NCBI GenBank assembly: GCA_964359655.1
Contig: CAYHVI010000005.1
Span: forward strand, 1-48,595
Source: an uncultured Candidatus Saccharibacteria bacterium
GTDB lineage: Bacteria > Patescibacteriota > Minisyncoccia > Minisyncoccales > UBA10102
Reading direction: 5' to 3'
Length of the DNA stretch: 48,595 bases
In this document: piece by piece, positions 18,553 to 27,766 of the stretch
Position numbering within the stretch: the first letter of the stretch is position 1
How the letters are laid out: every line of letters starts with the position of its first letter
Notes under the pieces: generated by a model
Database searches by the model: none
Seen by the model: the letters and a program-made list of their open reading frames with translations, nothing else
Told to the model about the DNA's origin: nothing
Made by a program: the position numbers and the translations under genes

Positions 18553-19125
18553 ATGGCAAAACGTTTTAGCGGTGTTGCAAAGGAAATACTCTTGTGTTTT
18601 ACCACACGACCAAAATTTACTGGTTATCACGGAAAATCACCCTATTTTCTTATTAATCAGATGCGGGAACTTATGGGCGATAATTGGCCGTCGCATGAAA
18701 TTGAACAGCGCCGAAAATTTTCTCAGGCACTTTGGCAACTTAAGAAATCGCGGCTTATTATTCTTAATCAAAAAGAGGATGGTACATTTGTAGTAGAACT
18801 TAGTGAAAAAGGAAAGCGAAAAGTAAAAGAATTTCAGTTTGCAGAACTTAAAATGCGCATACCCAAAAAATGGGATGGAAAATGGAGAATCGTCATTTTT
18901 GATATTCCCAATAAACGAAACCAAGGACGAGAAGCCTTACGAAGCAAAATTAAGGAATTAGATTTTTATCAACTTCAGAAAAGCGTATGGGTATTCCCCT
19001 ATCCTTGCGAGCAAGAAATTGAATTTATTGTTGAATTCTTCCACCTATATCCCTATGTACAAATCATCGAGGCAACAAAAATAAAAAACGATGCAAAGCT
19101 TCGAAAATATTATGGTCTTTTCTAA
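18553..19125 (+). CDS. PaaX-like protein (wHTH plus Cas2-like ferredoxin domain)
   Basis: LWQLKKSRLI..VELSEKG wHTH wing; WDGKWRIVIFDIP..REALR..LDFYQLQKSVWVFP. Confidence 0.8.
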   Translation: MAKRFSGVAKEILLCFTTRPKFTGYHGKSPYFLINQMRELMGDNWPSHEIEQRRKFSQALWQLKKSRLIILNQKEDGTFVVELSEKGKRKVKEFQFAELKMRIPKKWDGKWRIVIFDIPNKRNQGREALRSKIKELDFYQLQKSVWVFPYPCEQEIEFIVEFFHLYPYVQIIEATKIKNDAKLRKYYGLF

Positions 19126-19164
19126 CTATCTCTTTATAACCGCATATGCGTAAATAAAGAGATA
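19124..19164. repeat. 41-bp palindromic repeat, right copy
   Basis: TATCTCTTTAT-aac-CGCATATGCG-taa-ATAAAGAGATA, a symmetric palindrome. Confidence 0.8.
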
Positions 19165-19181
19165 AATTGTATACTATAGAT

Positions 19182-19934
19182 TTATTTTAGCTTTGTCAAA
19201 ACTTCGGAGCCGGTGGAAGTGACGGCGATAGTATCTTCAAAATGGGCAGACAGGGAGCCGTCGCGGGTTACAAACGTATGGCCGTCTTTGGCGCGCTTCA
19301 CCTGCCAGTCACCTGCAGTAACCATAGGTTCAATGCAAATGACCATCCCTTCGACAAGCTCAAGGCCAGCCCCTCTTTTCCCATAGTTCAACACCTGGGG
19401 ATCTTCATGAAGTTCTTTGCCGATGCCATGACCGCAAAGTTCGCGAACAACGCCAAATCCCTTTCCCTCCACAAAACGTTGAATCGTATTTCCAATATCA
19501 CCAGTGGTTGCGCCGGATCGCACTTTTGCAATGCCTAACTTCAATGCCTTTTGAGTAACTTTTACCAAACGCGTTGCTTTCTCATCAATTTCGCCCACAG
19601 GCACGGTGCGCGCCATATCCAAATAATATCTTTTGTGAATTAAGCCTAAATCAAGCGTAATAATATCGCCCTCTTTTAAAATTTTCTCTGCAGAGGGAAT
19701 GGCATGCACCACCTCTTCGTTTACTGAAACGCAAAGTGTTCGTGGAAAACCCTGATAGTTTAGAAAAGCCGGCGTAGCTCCGGCTTTTCTAATTTTTTGT
19801 TCTGCGAATTTGTCGAGTTCTTCGGTACTCACTCCTGGGCGCACCTGCAAAACGAGTTCTTTCATTATCTGCGCTAACACATGCCCGCCCTCTCGCATGA
19901 TTGCGATTTCTTGTGGCGTCTTGATTGGAATCAT
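19182..19934 (-). CDS. map: Methionine aminopeptidase type I
   Basis: SVNEEVVHAIP, DLG...DMART, GHGIG..LHEDP, IEPM and SAHFEDT. Confidence 0.97.
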   Translation of the reverse strand: MIPIKTPQEIAIMREGGHVLAQIMKELVLQVRPGVSTEELDKFAEQKIRKAGATPAFLNYQGFPRTLCVSVNEEVVHAIPSAEKILKEGDIITLDLGLIHKRYYLDMARTVPVGEIDEKATRLVKVTQKALKLGIAKVRSGATTGDIGNTIQRFVEGKGFGVVRELCGHGIGKELHEDPQVLNYGKRGAGLELVEGMVICIEPMVTAGDWQVKRAKDGHTFVTRDGSLSAHFEDTIAVTSTGSEVLTKLK

Positions 19935-20665
19935 TTTCTTTCTAATACTGCCATACTATCCCTGAAAACTTGGGCGGGCGACCCTAACCCATCAATCTCC
20001 TCTACTTGGAACCCCTGCGCCCTTATGTATTGGATAATTGGAAATGTGTGGTTACGATACTCTTGGAGCCGAACTTTGATTGAATCTGGATCATCGAGGC
20101 CCGTTCTTTTGATAAGTTTCGACCCATCAAGCGGGCACATGGTAAGAGACTCCGTTTCCACGTTTGACAAAATCGGGTGGCGCATCAATTCGCAGATCCG
20201 GCGCTTTGAATTGCGTTCAATAGTGGTCTCTTCGCTTATGTTCAAAATAATCACATGAATGTTCCGCTTTCCATACGCTTTTTGGAGAAACAGCATCTCT
20301 CTTTCTGCTTCGTAGAGAGAGCGGGGCGAACCCGCAAGAAGCAAACCCCTTCCTTCGTCATGGAGTTTCGAAAACCGCTCGATTACGATCTTGGTAACGA
20401 AGGGAAAACTATTTAATTCTCCTGTTTCCCATTTTTTCTTCTCGTCCGCCAAATAATACTTTTGGCCGTCGGCCTCCACATATTCTCCCTTCCGTATGTT
20501 TCTGTATCGCTCCTCTAAAAGCTTACTTGTCTCAAAATAAAAAAGGTTAAGTTTTTGCGACAAGAGTTCTGCTTGGGTTCCCTTTCCTGCGCCGGGTGGG
20601 CCAAGCAAGATAACAACTTTTGAGCTTTGAGCTTTGAGCTTTGAGCTTTTTTTAGAAGGTGTCAT
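19931..20665 (-). CDS. adk: Adenylate kinase
   Basis: ILLGPPGAGKGTQA P-loop, LAGSPR, RRIC lid and DD...RL; lies between secY and map. Confidence 0.9.
   Translation of the reverse strand: MTPSKKSSKLKAQSSKVVILLGPPGAGKGTQAELLSQKLNLFYFETSKLLEERYRNIRKGEYVEADGQKYYLADEKKKWETGELNSFPFVTKIVIERFSKLHDEGRGLLLAGSPRSLYEAEREMLFLQKAYGKRNIHVIILNISEETTIERNSKRRICELMRHPILSNVETESLTMCPLDGSKLIKRTGLDDPDSIKVRLQEYRNHTFPIIQYIRAQGFQVEEIDGLGSPAQVFRDSMAVLERK
20619..20646. repeat. Heptamer tandem repeat (TTTGAGC)x4 inside the adk 5' end
   Basis: Four exact copies, encoding SSKLKAQSSK. Confidence 0.9.
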
Positions 20666-21929
20666 AATCGCGCATTTGGAGCTGGGCTCTGATTTGGCGC
20701 ATGGTCTCTAAAGCCACCGAAACCATAATTAAGAGCGCCGTTCCCCCGAGCAAAAATTGAAAAGCGGTAAAACCAGTGGCACGCTGCACCAAAAATGGCA
20801 TAATAGCCACGCTGCCCAAAAACAGGGCACCAATTAAAAGCACACGATTTAAGATGTACTTGATATGCCCTGCCGTGGAAGCTCCGGGCCGCACTCCTGG
20901 CACAAACCCGCCCATCTTTTGCAAGTTTGAAGAAATCGATTTGGGATCAAATGTTACTGCAGTATAGAAAAAGGTAAACAAACCAACCAAAATAAAGTAT
21001 GCGATAATGTAGGGCCATGAGCTTGGGTTAAAGTATGCCTGGGAAAATCGCGCAATCTGACCCAGAAAACCTTCCGCCCCCAAAAAGAAATTTGCAACCA
21101 TTCCAGGGAATGTAAGGAGCGACAAAGCAAAAATAATAGGAATCACACCCGCTGGATTTACAGAGAGAGGAAGATAAGTGGAAGTGCCACCATATATTTT
21201 GTTGCCGCGTACGCGCTTTGCATACGATACCGGAATATTGCGCCTTGCTTCGGTGACAAATACAACACCCGCAATAATGGCTATTGCCATTACAAAAAAA
21301 GCGGCAATCGCGAAAGAACGTGATGGATCCCAGTCAACAAACAACTGGCGAATACTCAAGGGAAACTCTGCCACGATGCCTGCAAAAATCAATAGGGATA
21401 CTCCATTCCCAATCCCCTTTTCTGTAATCAACTCGCCTAACCACATCAAAAACACAGTTCCCGCTATGATTGTGGCTAGCGCTGTTACATAGTCAAGAGG
21501 GAGAAGTTGATTAATGATTCCCTGGCGCGAAAGCAACGTCAAAAATGCGTATCCTTGTAAAAGCGCAAAGGGAATCGTAAGTATCCTGCCATATTGGTTG
21601 AATTTTCTTCTCCCTGTTTCTCCTTCTTCTTTATACATTCGTTCCAATGGCGGAAAAATCATCGTAAGCAATTGCATCACGATAACGCCGGTAATATACG
21701 GCCCCAACCCGAGCATCGCAATAGAAAGCGTATCTAATGCGCCTCCCGTAAATAAGTTGAGCAAACCAAACAGCTGATTATCTTGGAAAAACGCCTGCAG
21801 ACGAGAAGCGTCAATCCCAGGGATAGGAATATTCGCCATCAAACGAAAGATCACGAATACACCTAAGACAAAAAGGATTTTGTTCCGCAAGTCAGAAAGT
21901 TTGAAAATTAAAAGAAGCTTCTCTATCAT
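20652..21929 (-). CDS. secY: Preprotein translocase SecY
   Basis: IPIPGI, LGLGPYIT, WLGELITEKGIGNGVSLLIFAGI, GVIPIIFA, GGFVPGVRPG and GGTALLI. Confidence 0.98.
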   Translation of the reverse strand: MIEKLLLIFKLSDLRNKILFVLGVFVIFRLMANIPIPGIDASRLQAFFQDNQLFGLLNLFTGGALDTLSIAMLGLGPYITGVIVMQLLTMIFPPLERMYKEEGETGRRKFNQYGRILTIPFALLQGYAFLTLLSRQGIINQLLPLDYVTALATIIAGTVFLMWLGELITEKGIGNGVSLLIFAGIVAEFPLSIRQLFVDWDPSRSFAIAAFFVMAIAIIAGVVFVTEARRNIPVSYAKRVRGNKIYGGTSTYLPLSVNPAGVIPIIFALSLLTFPGMVANFFLGAEGFLGQIARFSQAYFNPSSWPYIIAYFILVGLFTFFYTAVTFDPKSISSNLQKMGGFVPGVRPGASTAGHIKYILNRVLLIGALFLGSVAIMPFLVQRATGFTAFQFLLGGTALLIMVSVALETMRQIRAQLQMRDYDTF

Positions 21930-22354
21930 AGTATTTTGCCTCCTACTTTCTCAATTTTTTCTTTTGCCGCCTTGGATACCTGACAGCCTTCAATGGTAAG
22001 CGCCTTTGTTATTTCTCCGGCGCCCAGAATCTTAATGGCAAGAGCCTTCCCCTTTATTCTACCTGCGATTTTCTTTTGCGCCAATATATCGGGATTCACT
22101 GTTTCTCCCTTGTGAAAGTATTTGTCCAATCGAGCAAGATTTACCGGAATTGCTCTTGCTCCAACCGATCTTCGATATCCGCGCAATTTAGGGTACTTTT
22201 TGAGCAATTCTCTTATCCTCGGCTGCCTCCTGTAGCCTGTGCGAGCCTTTTGTCCCTTCATTCCTCGGCCAGAATATGTACCCTTCTTTCCGCCTCGGCC
22301 AATACGTTTTGTCTTGCGGTTTTTATGAATTGGTTGGATTTGATGTATCTGCAT
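21926..22354 (-). CDS. rplO: 50S ribosomal protein L15
   Basis: RIGRGGKKGTYSGRGMKGQKAR, KILGAG and AKEKIEKVGG. Confidence 0.96.
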   Translation of the reverse strand: MQIHQIQPIHKNRKTKRIGRGGKKGTYSGRGMKGQKARTGYRRQPRIRELLKKYPKLRGYRRSVGARAIPVNLARLDKYFHKGETVNPDILAQKKIAGRIKGKALAIKILGAGEITKALTIEGCQVSKAAKEKIEKVGGKIL

Positions 22355-22859
22355 CTTTTTTCTTTTCTACTTTTAACTTCTGTAAGGCCTTGATTGTTGC
22401 CAACGCATTGTTAAGCTTATTATGAGTTCTCGAAGTAAACTTTCCCGATATATTCTGAATTCCCGCGAACTCACAAATAATTCGTATCGGCCCTCCGGCA
22501 ACCAAACCGCGGCCGCCTCTTTGAGGACGCAGCAATACTTTTGATGCGCCGAATTTTGCCTGCACTTCGTGAGGAATTGTCCCTTTTTGCATAGGCACTA
22601 AGATGGCTTGTTTCTTTGCTTTAAGCGTTGCTTTTTCTATTGCTTGAGCAACATCTAATCCTTTGGCCACTCCTACGCCCACTTTTCCTTGTTTATCGCC
22701 TGAAATAACAACCGCGCGAAAGCGAAACCTACGGCCCCCTGCAGCAACTCGCGTGACGCGAGCTAAATCAAGCAGCCGTGCGTCTGCCTCTGGCCTTGGT
22801 CCCCGAGATCTTCCAGATCTTTGCTCACCCCTCTTTAACCTTCTATTGAATAAAACCAT
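22323..22859 (-). CDS. rpsE: 30S ribosomal protein S5
   Basis: RVTRVAAGGRRFRF, GKVGVG, TIPHEV and GLVAGG. Start set at MVLF. Confidence 0.95.
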   Translation of the reverse strand: MVLFNRRLKRGEQRSGRSRGPRPEADARLLDLARVTRVAAGGRRFRFRAVVISGDKQGKVGVGVAKGLDVAQAIEKATLKAKKQAILVPMQKGTIPHEVQAKFGASKVLLRPQRGGRGLVAGGPIRIICEFAGIQNISGKFTSRTHNKLNNALATIKALQKLKVEKKKDADTSNPTNS

Positions 22860-22863
22860 ACAA

Positions 22864-23214
22864 TTAAAACGCAATTCCTTGCTTGCGCAGTTCTTGTGCC
22901 AAAACCTTTACTTGCCCATGATACTTGTATCCACCCCGATCAAAAACTATGTTGCCAATCTTTTGTTCTTTGGCTTTTTCTGCAATGTTCTTGGCGACTT
23001 CTTTTGCAATGTTTGTTCTTTTTTGCTCTGATTTTATTTTTACATCCGATGAAGCAGCCAACACTTGACCTTTTTCGTCGTCGATTAACTGCGCGTACAA
23101 ATGTTTGTTCGAGCGAAACACCACTAAACGGGGTTTTGTTGCATTGCCCGCGATTTTTGCACGTATCCTCTTTTTGCGCTGTATTCTTTTGTCTTTTCTG
23201 GTTGTTTTGGTCAT
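22864..23214 (-). CDS. rplR: 50S ribosomal protein L18
   Basis: PRLVVFRSNKHLYAQLIDD and FDRGGYKYHG. Confidence 0.97.
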   Translation of the reverse strand: MTKTTRKDKRIQRKKRIRAKIAGNATKPRLVVFRSNKHLYAQLIDDEKGQVLAASSDVKIKSEQKRTNIAKEVAKNIAEKAKEQKIGNIVFDRGGYKYHGQVKVLAQELRKQGIAF

Positions 23215-23215
23215 A

Positions 23216-23770
23216 CTATCCTCCGGCTCCTGCGGAACTTACTGCTTTTTTCCCAAGCTTTCGACGGATAACCTCGCCTTGATATCGAATACCCTTCCCT
23301 TTATAAGGTTCAGCAACGCGCATCTTTCTGATTCTTGCGGCAAACTGCCCTACCTGCTCTTTGTCAACTCCGCCTACAATAATCATGTTTTTATCAATTG
23401 AAACCGTTATGTGTTCGGGGATCTTCATTTTCACAGGGTGGCTAAATCCTAAATTCAATGTCAAAGAATCGCCTTCCATAGCAGCCCGATATCCCACTCC
23501 TTCAATCTCCAATCGCTTCTTATATTCCTGCAAAACCCCTTGAATCATATTGAAAAGAAGCGTGCGTGTCAAACCCCATAAAGATTTTCCTAACTTGGAA
23601 TGAACCAGCGGGGTAACAATCAAGCTGTTATTTTTCTGCTCTATCAAAATTTCGGGCCTGAAATCGCGAGAGAGTTCTCCCTTTGGACCTTTCACTTGCA
23701 CCTTTTGGCTCTCGATCTGCACACTCACTCCTGTCGGTATTTCTATTGGTTTTTTGCCTATTCTACTCAT
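23216..23770 (-). CDS. rplF: 50S ribosomal protein L6
   Basis: MSRIGKKPI, VKGPKG, GVGYRA and EPYKGKGIRY. Confidence 0.97.
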   Translation of the reverse strand: MSRIGKKPIEIPTGVSVQIESQKVQVKGPKGELSRDFRPEILIEQKNNSLIVTPLVHSKLGKSLWGLTRTLLFNMIQGVLQEYKKRLEIEGVGYRAAMEGDSLTLNLGFSHPVKMKIPEHITVSIDKNMIIVGGVDKEQVGQFAARIRKMRVAEPYKGKGIRYQGEVIRRKLGKKAVSSAGAGG

Positions 23771-23783
23771 ATGTTTTTCCCCT

Positions 23784-23850
23784 GGGCGATTTTTAACGCC
23801 AAGTCAAACTTGGCTAAATCGCCCGTGAGAGTAAATACCTTTACTCTCAC
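23784..23850. other. Two tandem hairpins in the rpsH-rplF spacer
   Basis: GGGCGATTT..GCCAAGT-caa-ACTTGGC..AAATCGCCC (23784-23824) and a perfect 11-bp GTGAGAGTAAA/TTTACTCTCAC (23825-23850). Confidence 0.7.
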
Positions 23851-24239
23851 CCCCAAATTTCACACAGGATTTCACCTCCTACTTTTTCTTTTCTTGCTTC
23901 TTCCCCCGTCATTAAACCTTTCGACGTGGAAATAATCGCAATTCCCTGTCCATTTTTTACACGCTTTATCTTCTGGAAGGACGCGTATATTCTTTGCCCG
24001 GGTTTGGAGATACGCTTAGTCCCCAAGATTCCAGGAGCTTCTTTGAAATAGCGCAAAGAAATATCGATGATCTTTCTTATTCGCTTTCCTTTAAGGTCCA
24101 CGGTTTTTACAAATCCTTTCTTTTCTAAAATTTTCGCAATCGCATATTTTTGCTGCGAAAACGGAACTTCCACCGTCTCTTTTTTTACGGCTTGAGCTGT
24201 CTTTAAACGATTTAACATGTCTGCAATTGGATCTACCAT
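23847..24239 (-). CDS. rpsH: 30S ribosomal protein S8
   Basis: DPIADMLNR, RISKPGQRIY, STSKGLMT and GGEILC. Start set at MVDP. Confidence 0.97.
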   Translation of the reverse strand: MVDPIADMLNRLKTAQAVKKETVEVPFSQQKYAIAKILEKKGFVKTVDLKGKRIRKIIDISLRYFKEAPGILGTKRISKPGQRIYASFQKIKRVKNGQGIAIISTSKGLMTGEEARKEKVGGEILCEIWG

Positions 24240-24246
24240 AGTTTTT

Positions 24247-24432
24247 TCACCAGCTTGATTTCGTAATTCCTGGTATAAACCCCTGATTTGCCAATTCGCG
24301 AAAGCACACGCGACACAAGTCAAAATCCCCCATATACCCGCGCTTTCTTCCGCATCTAAAACATCGGTTTGTAATCCTGCTTTTGAATTTTGGTTTTTTC
24401 TTTGATTTGGAAATTTGAGCTTCGCTTGCCAT
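24247..24432 (-). CDS. rpsN: 30S ribosomal protein S14 type Z (Zn-binding)
   Basis: RCFRCGR..LCRVCFRELA..IPGITKSSW. Confidence 0.97.
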   Translation of the reverse strand: MASEAQISKSKKKPKFKSRITNRCFRCGRKRGYMGDFDLCRVCFRELANQGFIPGITKSSW

Positions 24433-24439
24433 ACAATTT

Positions 24440-25006
24440 TTACATATGAGCCTGCTTTAAGGGAAAGCCGAGCAATTGAAACAGCGCCAATCCTTCTTCT
24501 TTCGTTTTTGCGGTTGTATTAACCGTTACCTGAAGACCAATACTATTGCGCACCTTCTCTACGGAAATTTCAGGAAAGAAAATATGTTCCCGGATGCCAA
24601 TGGTCAAATTTCCTCTTTCATCCAGGTTGGAAACTGGCAATCCGCGAAAGTCTCTTGAACGCGGAAGCACCACATGAATCAATCGATCAAGGAACTCGTA
24701 CATCCTTTTCCCTCGCAACGTTACTTTCGCTCCCACGGGCGCTCCTTCTCGAAGCTTAAAACCTGCAACCGAATGCTTGGCTTTAGTTACCATGGCATGT
24801 TGGCCGGCGATACCTGATATGTCGAGCACAATCGCCTCCAGCGTTTTCTTAAGATCGTCTCCGGTTTTTGCTGCAACTAATCTGCCAAACCCGGTGTTCA
24901 ATACAACTTTTTGCAAACGCGGAACAGCCATCACGGTTTTATAGTTAAATTTCTCCATCATGGCAGGAACCACTGTTTTCTTATATTTTGTTTTCATGCT
25001 TTCCAT
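24440..25006 (-). CDS. rplE: 50S ribosomal protein L5
   Basis: VPRLQKVVLN, FKLREG, KVTLRG, PRSRDFRG and FPEI. Confidence 0.97.
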   Translation of the reverse strand: MESMKTKYKKTVVPAMMEKFNYKTVMAVPRLQKVVLNTGFGRLVAAKTGDDLKKTLEAIVLDISGIAGQHAMVTKAKHSVAGFKLREGAPVGAKVTLRGKRMYEFLDRLIHVVLPRSRDFRGLPVSNLDERGNLTIGIREHIFFPEISVEKVRNSIGLQVTVNTTAKTKEEGLALFQLLGFPLKQAHM

Positions 25007-25023
25007 ATGCTAAATACAATATA

Positions 25024-25353
25024 CTAGATATCTGCTCCACACTTCTTACACATTCTTACTTTTCTGGCTTTGCCAGATCTTTCAGACTTTCCACCCTCGA
25101 CTTTGTATCCTACTCTGGTCGCCTTTCCGCACTTGGTACAGACAAGCTTTACCGACGAAACTGAAAATACGCTCGGCATCTCCACGATCTGCCCTTTCTG
25201 GCCTGCGCGCTTTGGTTTGACGTGCTTTTTGCGCATATTGACTCCTTCTACGACAATCTTTGCTTCCCCGGGAAGCGCGCGCAAAACCTTTCCCTTCTTT
25301 CCACGGTTCTTTCCTGCGATCACCAACACGTTGTCGCCTTTCTTTATTTTCAT
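25024..25353 (-). CDS. rplX: 50S ribosomal protein L24 (with CxxC pairs)
   Basis: [16 protein letters not shown] motif, VEGVN, CTKC and CKKC. Confidence 0.97.
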   Translation of the reverse strand: MKIKKGDNVLVIAGKNRGKKGKVLRALPGEAKIVVEGVNMRKKHVKPKRAGQKGQIVEMPSVFSVSSVKLVCTKCGKATRVGYKVEGGKSERSGKARKVRMCKKCGADI

Positions 25354-25718
25354 AATAATTCCGGCGCCAAAGCTGCTATTTTTGTAAATCCTTTATCTCG
25401 AATTTCACGGGGAATGGGGCCGAAAATCCGACCTCCCTTTGGCTCTTTTTCTTTTTCCAAGAGAACCGCTGCATTTTCGGAAAATGAAATATAAGATCCA
25501 TCTGCTCGCCTGAAAGGCTTTTTTTGCCGCACAATTACCGCCCGAACAACCTCGTGCTTCTTTACTATTCGTCGGGGTTCTGCGACTTTTACAGCGGCAA
25601 CAATAATATCGCCAATCTGCGCGTATCGACGGCGCGTACCTCCCAGTACATGAAAACACTGAATCATTTTTGCTCCTGTATTATCTGCGACTTTTAATTT
25701 GGTTTTAGGTTGAATCAT
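25350..25718 (-). CDS. rplN: 50S ribosomal protein L14
   Basis: [22 protein letters not shown] and LAPELL. Start set at MIQP. Confidence 0.97.
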   Translation of the reverse strand: MIQPKTKLKVADNTGAKMIQCFHVLGGTRRRYAQIGDIIVAAVKVAEPRRIVKKHEVVRAVIVRQKKPFRRADGSYISFSENAAVLLEKEKEPKGGRIFGPIPREIRDKGFTKIAALAPELL

Positions 25719-25948
25719 AATTTTTCTATCACTCGCCATCGTTTCTCTTTGCTCAATGGCCTGGTTTCCTCAATAACCACCCTATCTCCTGTATGGTATT
25801 CCTGTTTTTCATCATGCGCCTTGTATTTCTCGTGCATCCGCATGCGCCGCAGATATTTTAAATGCTGCTTGAGTCTTTGTACTTTCACTACCACGGTCTT
25901 TGCCATTTTGTCTGAAACTACTATTCCGGTTAGTCTTCGTTTGGCCAT
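25715..25948 (-). CDS. rpsQ: 30S ribosomal protein S17
   Basis: [18 protein letters not shown] and [11 protein letters not shown]. Confidence 0.97.
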   Translation of the reverse strand: MAKRRLTGIVVSDKMAKTVVVKVQRLKQHLKYLRRMRMHEKYKAHDEKQEYHTGDRVVIEETRPLSKEKRWRVIEKL

Positions 25949-25952
25949 ACAT

Positions 25953-26138
25953 TTACTGCTTTTGTTTCAACAATGTTAATATGCGCGCAATATTTCTTCG
26001 GATTTTCCGAATTTCCCTCACATTTTTCACTTTGCCGCCGGGCAGATCAAACCGCAATTGCTGCAACTTGCCGCGTTCTTCGGCTACCATTTTTTGGAGC
26101 TCTCCTACAGTTTTCCTTTGTAATTCGGCCGTTTTCAT
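25953..26138 (-). CDS. rpmC: 50S ribosomal protein L29
   Basis: [19 protein letters not shown] and gene position. Confidence 0.95.
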   Translation of the reverse strand: MKTAELQRKTVGELQKMVAEERGKLQQLRFDLPGGKVKNVREIRKIRRNIARILTLLKQKQ

Positions 26139-26140
26139 CT

Positions 26141-26551
26141 CTATCGTTTTACAAACTTTGTCTTCACGGGCAGCTTCGCTCCTGCTTTGCGCAAGGCTTC
26201 TTTTGCGACCTCTTCTTTCAGTCCATCTATTTCAAAAAGAATTCTTCCGGGCTTTACAGCCACTGCGTAATGATCCACACCTCCTTTTCCGCCGCCCATG
26301 GGTACTTCTGAACCCTTTTTCGTGATTGGTTTATCGGGAAACACGCGAATCCACATCTTTCCGCCTTTGCGCAGATAACGGATGATCGCCCGTCTGGAAG
26401 CTTCCAGCTGGCGTGCAGAAACCCATTTGGTTCCTTCTGCTTTTAAGCCATATGAGCCGAAAGAAACCTCGGTTCCCCGAGACTCCACCCCTTTGAACCT
26501 TCTTCTTCCTTTCATCCATTTTCGATGTTTTACTTTTTTGGGCGTCAACAT
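26141..26551 (-). CDS. rplP: 50S ribosomal protein L16
   Basis: [23 protein letters not shown] and KLPVKTKFV. Confidence 0.97.
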   Translation of the reverse strand: MLTPKKVKHRKWMKGRRRFKGVESRGTEVSFGSYGLKAEGTKWVSARQLEASRRAIIRYLRKGGKMWIRVFPDKPITKKGSEVPMGGGKGGVDHYAVAVKPGRILFEIDGLKEEVAKEALRKAGAKLPVKTKFVKR

Positions 26552-26556
26552 ACTTG

Positions 26557-26575
26557 TCTTGAGTTTATCGAAGGA
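26557..26575. repeat. Small palindromic element (family B) directly after the rpsC stop
   Basis: TCTTGAGTTTATCGAAGGA. Confidence 0.6.
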
Positions 26576-27250
26576 TTAATCAAATTTCTCTCCCTTATAC
26601 ATCCATACTTTCACCCCAATCATTCCATACTTGGTCTTAGCCTCCACTAATGCATAATCAATTCTCGCGCGCAATGTTTGCAAGGGCAATCTTCCCATTT
26701 TCAGTTTTTCTGTACGCGCAATATCGGCCCCTCCAAGCCTTCCGGATATTTGCACTTTCGCTCCCTCAATGTGCTTATTCGCCATCACTTTGCCTAGAGT
26801 CTGCTTCATCACCCTCCGGAACGGCATTCGTTTCTCGAGTTGCTGCACAACCCACTGGGCTGTCAAAGAAGCTGAATCCCAGGGATTTTTAATTTCCCTT
26901 ATTTCCAAACGAATTTCTCTTTTCCGGTTATCCTTTACTTCTCTGTATCTGCTTTTTTTATCTTTTTCCAAAATCTTTTCAATCGTCTTGCGCAGCTCCT
27001 CGATACCAGATCCTCCTCGTCCAATGATTAAACCGGGTCTTGACGTACTAATGATAAGGGAGATTTTCCCGGCGAAACGTTCAATTTCAACGCTTGCGAC
27101 ACCGGCTTCTTTTAATTTCTTTGTGATGTAAGATCGCATTAAATAATCTTCGCGCAAAGTTTCTTTGTACGCATTTTTTTCAAACCAACGAGAATGCCAA
27201 TCAGCCGTCTCTTTTATGCGAAATATTTTGGGGTGAACTTTATGTGCCAT
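26576..27250 (-). CDS. rpsC: 30S ribosomal protein S3
   Basis: MAHKVHP, RPGLIIGRGG, SGRLGGADIAR and GMIGVKVW. Confidence 0.97.
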   Translation of the reverse strand: MAHKVHPKIFRIKETADWHSRWFEKNAYKETLREDYLMRSYITKKLKEAGVASVEIERFAGKISLIISTSRPGLIIGRGGSGIEELRKTIEKILEKDKKSRYREVKDNRKREIRLEIREIKNPWDSASLTAQWVVQQLEKRMPFRRVMKQTLGKVMANKHIEGAKVQISGRLGGADIARTEKLKMGRLPLQTLRARIDYALVEAKTKYGMIGVKVWMYKGEKFD

Positions 27251-27255
27251 ATTTT

Positions 27256-27762
27256 TCAAACTGCTTTTCGCCTGAATATGCGTTCAAAGCCCCTCTCGAC
27301 TTTAGGCTTTGCAATTTCTTTCATGGGTCTAAACTTTGGTTTTTCTGCTCTCGCTTGCTGCTCCTCCCGCGCTTCTACTCCTGTTTTGAGAACTGTGGCT
27401 TTCTCTTTTTTACTCTCTTTTGTGGTTGGAACAACTTCAGAGAGCACCAAAGTAATATGGGAAGTTTTCTTTTGGATAGGGTAGGCGCGACCTCTCGCGC
27501 GCGGACGATATCTCTTGAGTTTGGAACCTTCCTGCACTGCAACGTTTGCAATATAGAGATTTGTCTCGTCTAACTGAACATTGGATGTAAAGGAAGCTAA
27601 GGCAGAATGAAGCATTTTCTGCAAAGGATTAGCTGCGCTTTTGGTGCAAAATCGTAAAATGGTCTGAGCCTCACTCACCTTTTTCCCGCGTATCAATTCT
27701 GCAACAAGTCTCACTTTCCTGGGCGCAATTCGCAAATATCGCAATGTAGCTTTGCTCTGCAT
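27256..27762 (-). CDS. rplV: 50S ribosomal protein L22 with C-terminal extension
   Basis: RIAPRKVRLVA, PRARGRA and TSHITLVL, plus a ~55-aa charged tail. Start set at MQSK. Confidence 0.95.
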   Translation of the reverse strand: MQSKATLRYLRIAPRKVRLVAELIRGKKVSEAQTILRFCTKSAANPLQKMLHSALASFTSNVQLDETNLYIANVAVQEGSKLKRYRPRARGRAYPIQKKTSHITLVLSEVVPTTKESKKEKATVLKTGVEAREEQQARAEKPKFRPMKEIAKPKVERGFERIFRRKAV

Positions 27763-27766
27763 AGAT

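Noticed and set aside
18502-19164. CRISPR-Cas locus suggested by a Cas2-like domain and palindromic repeats
   Set aside because: There are only two repeats, separated by a whole gene, with no spacer array and no cas1 or effector gene.
22323-22354. Missing rpmD (L30) between rpsE and rplO as a novelty
   Set aside because: Loss of L30 is an established CPR trait; it was used only as taxonomic evidence.
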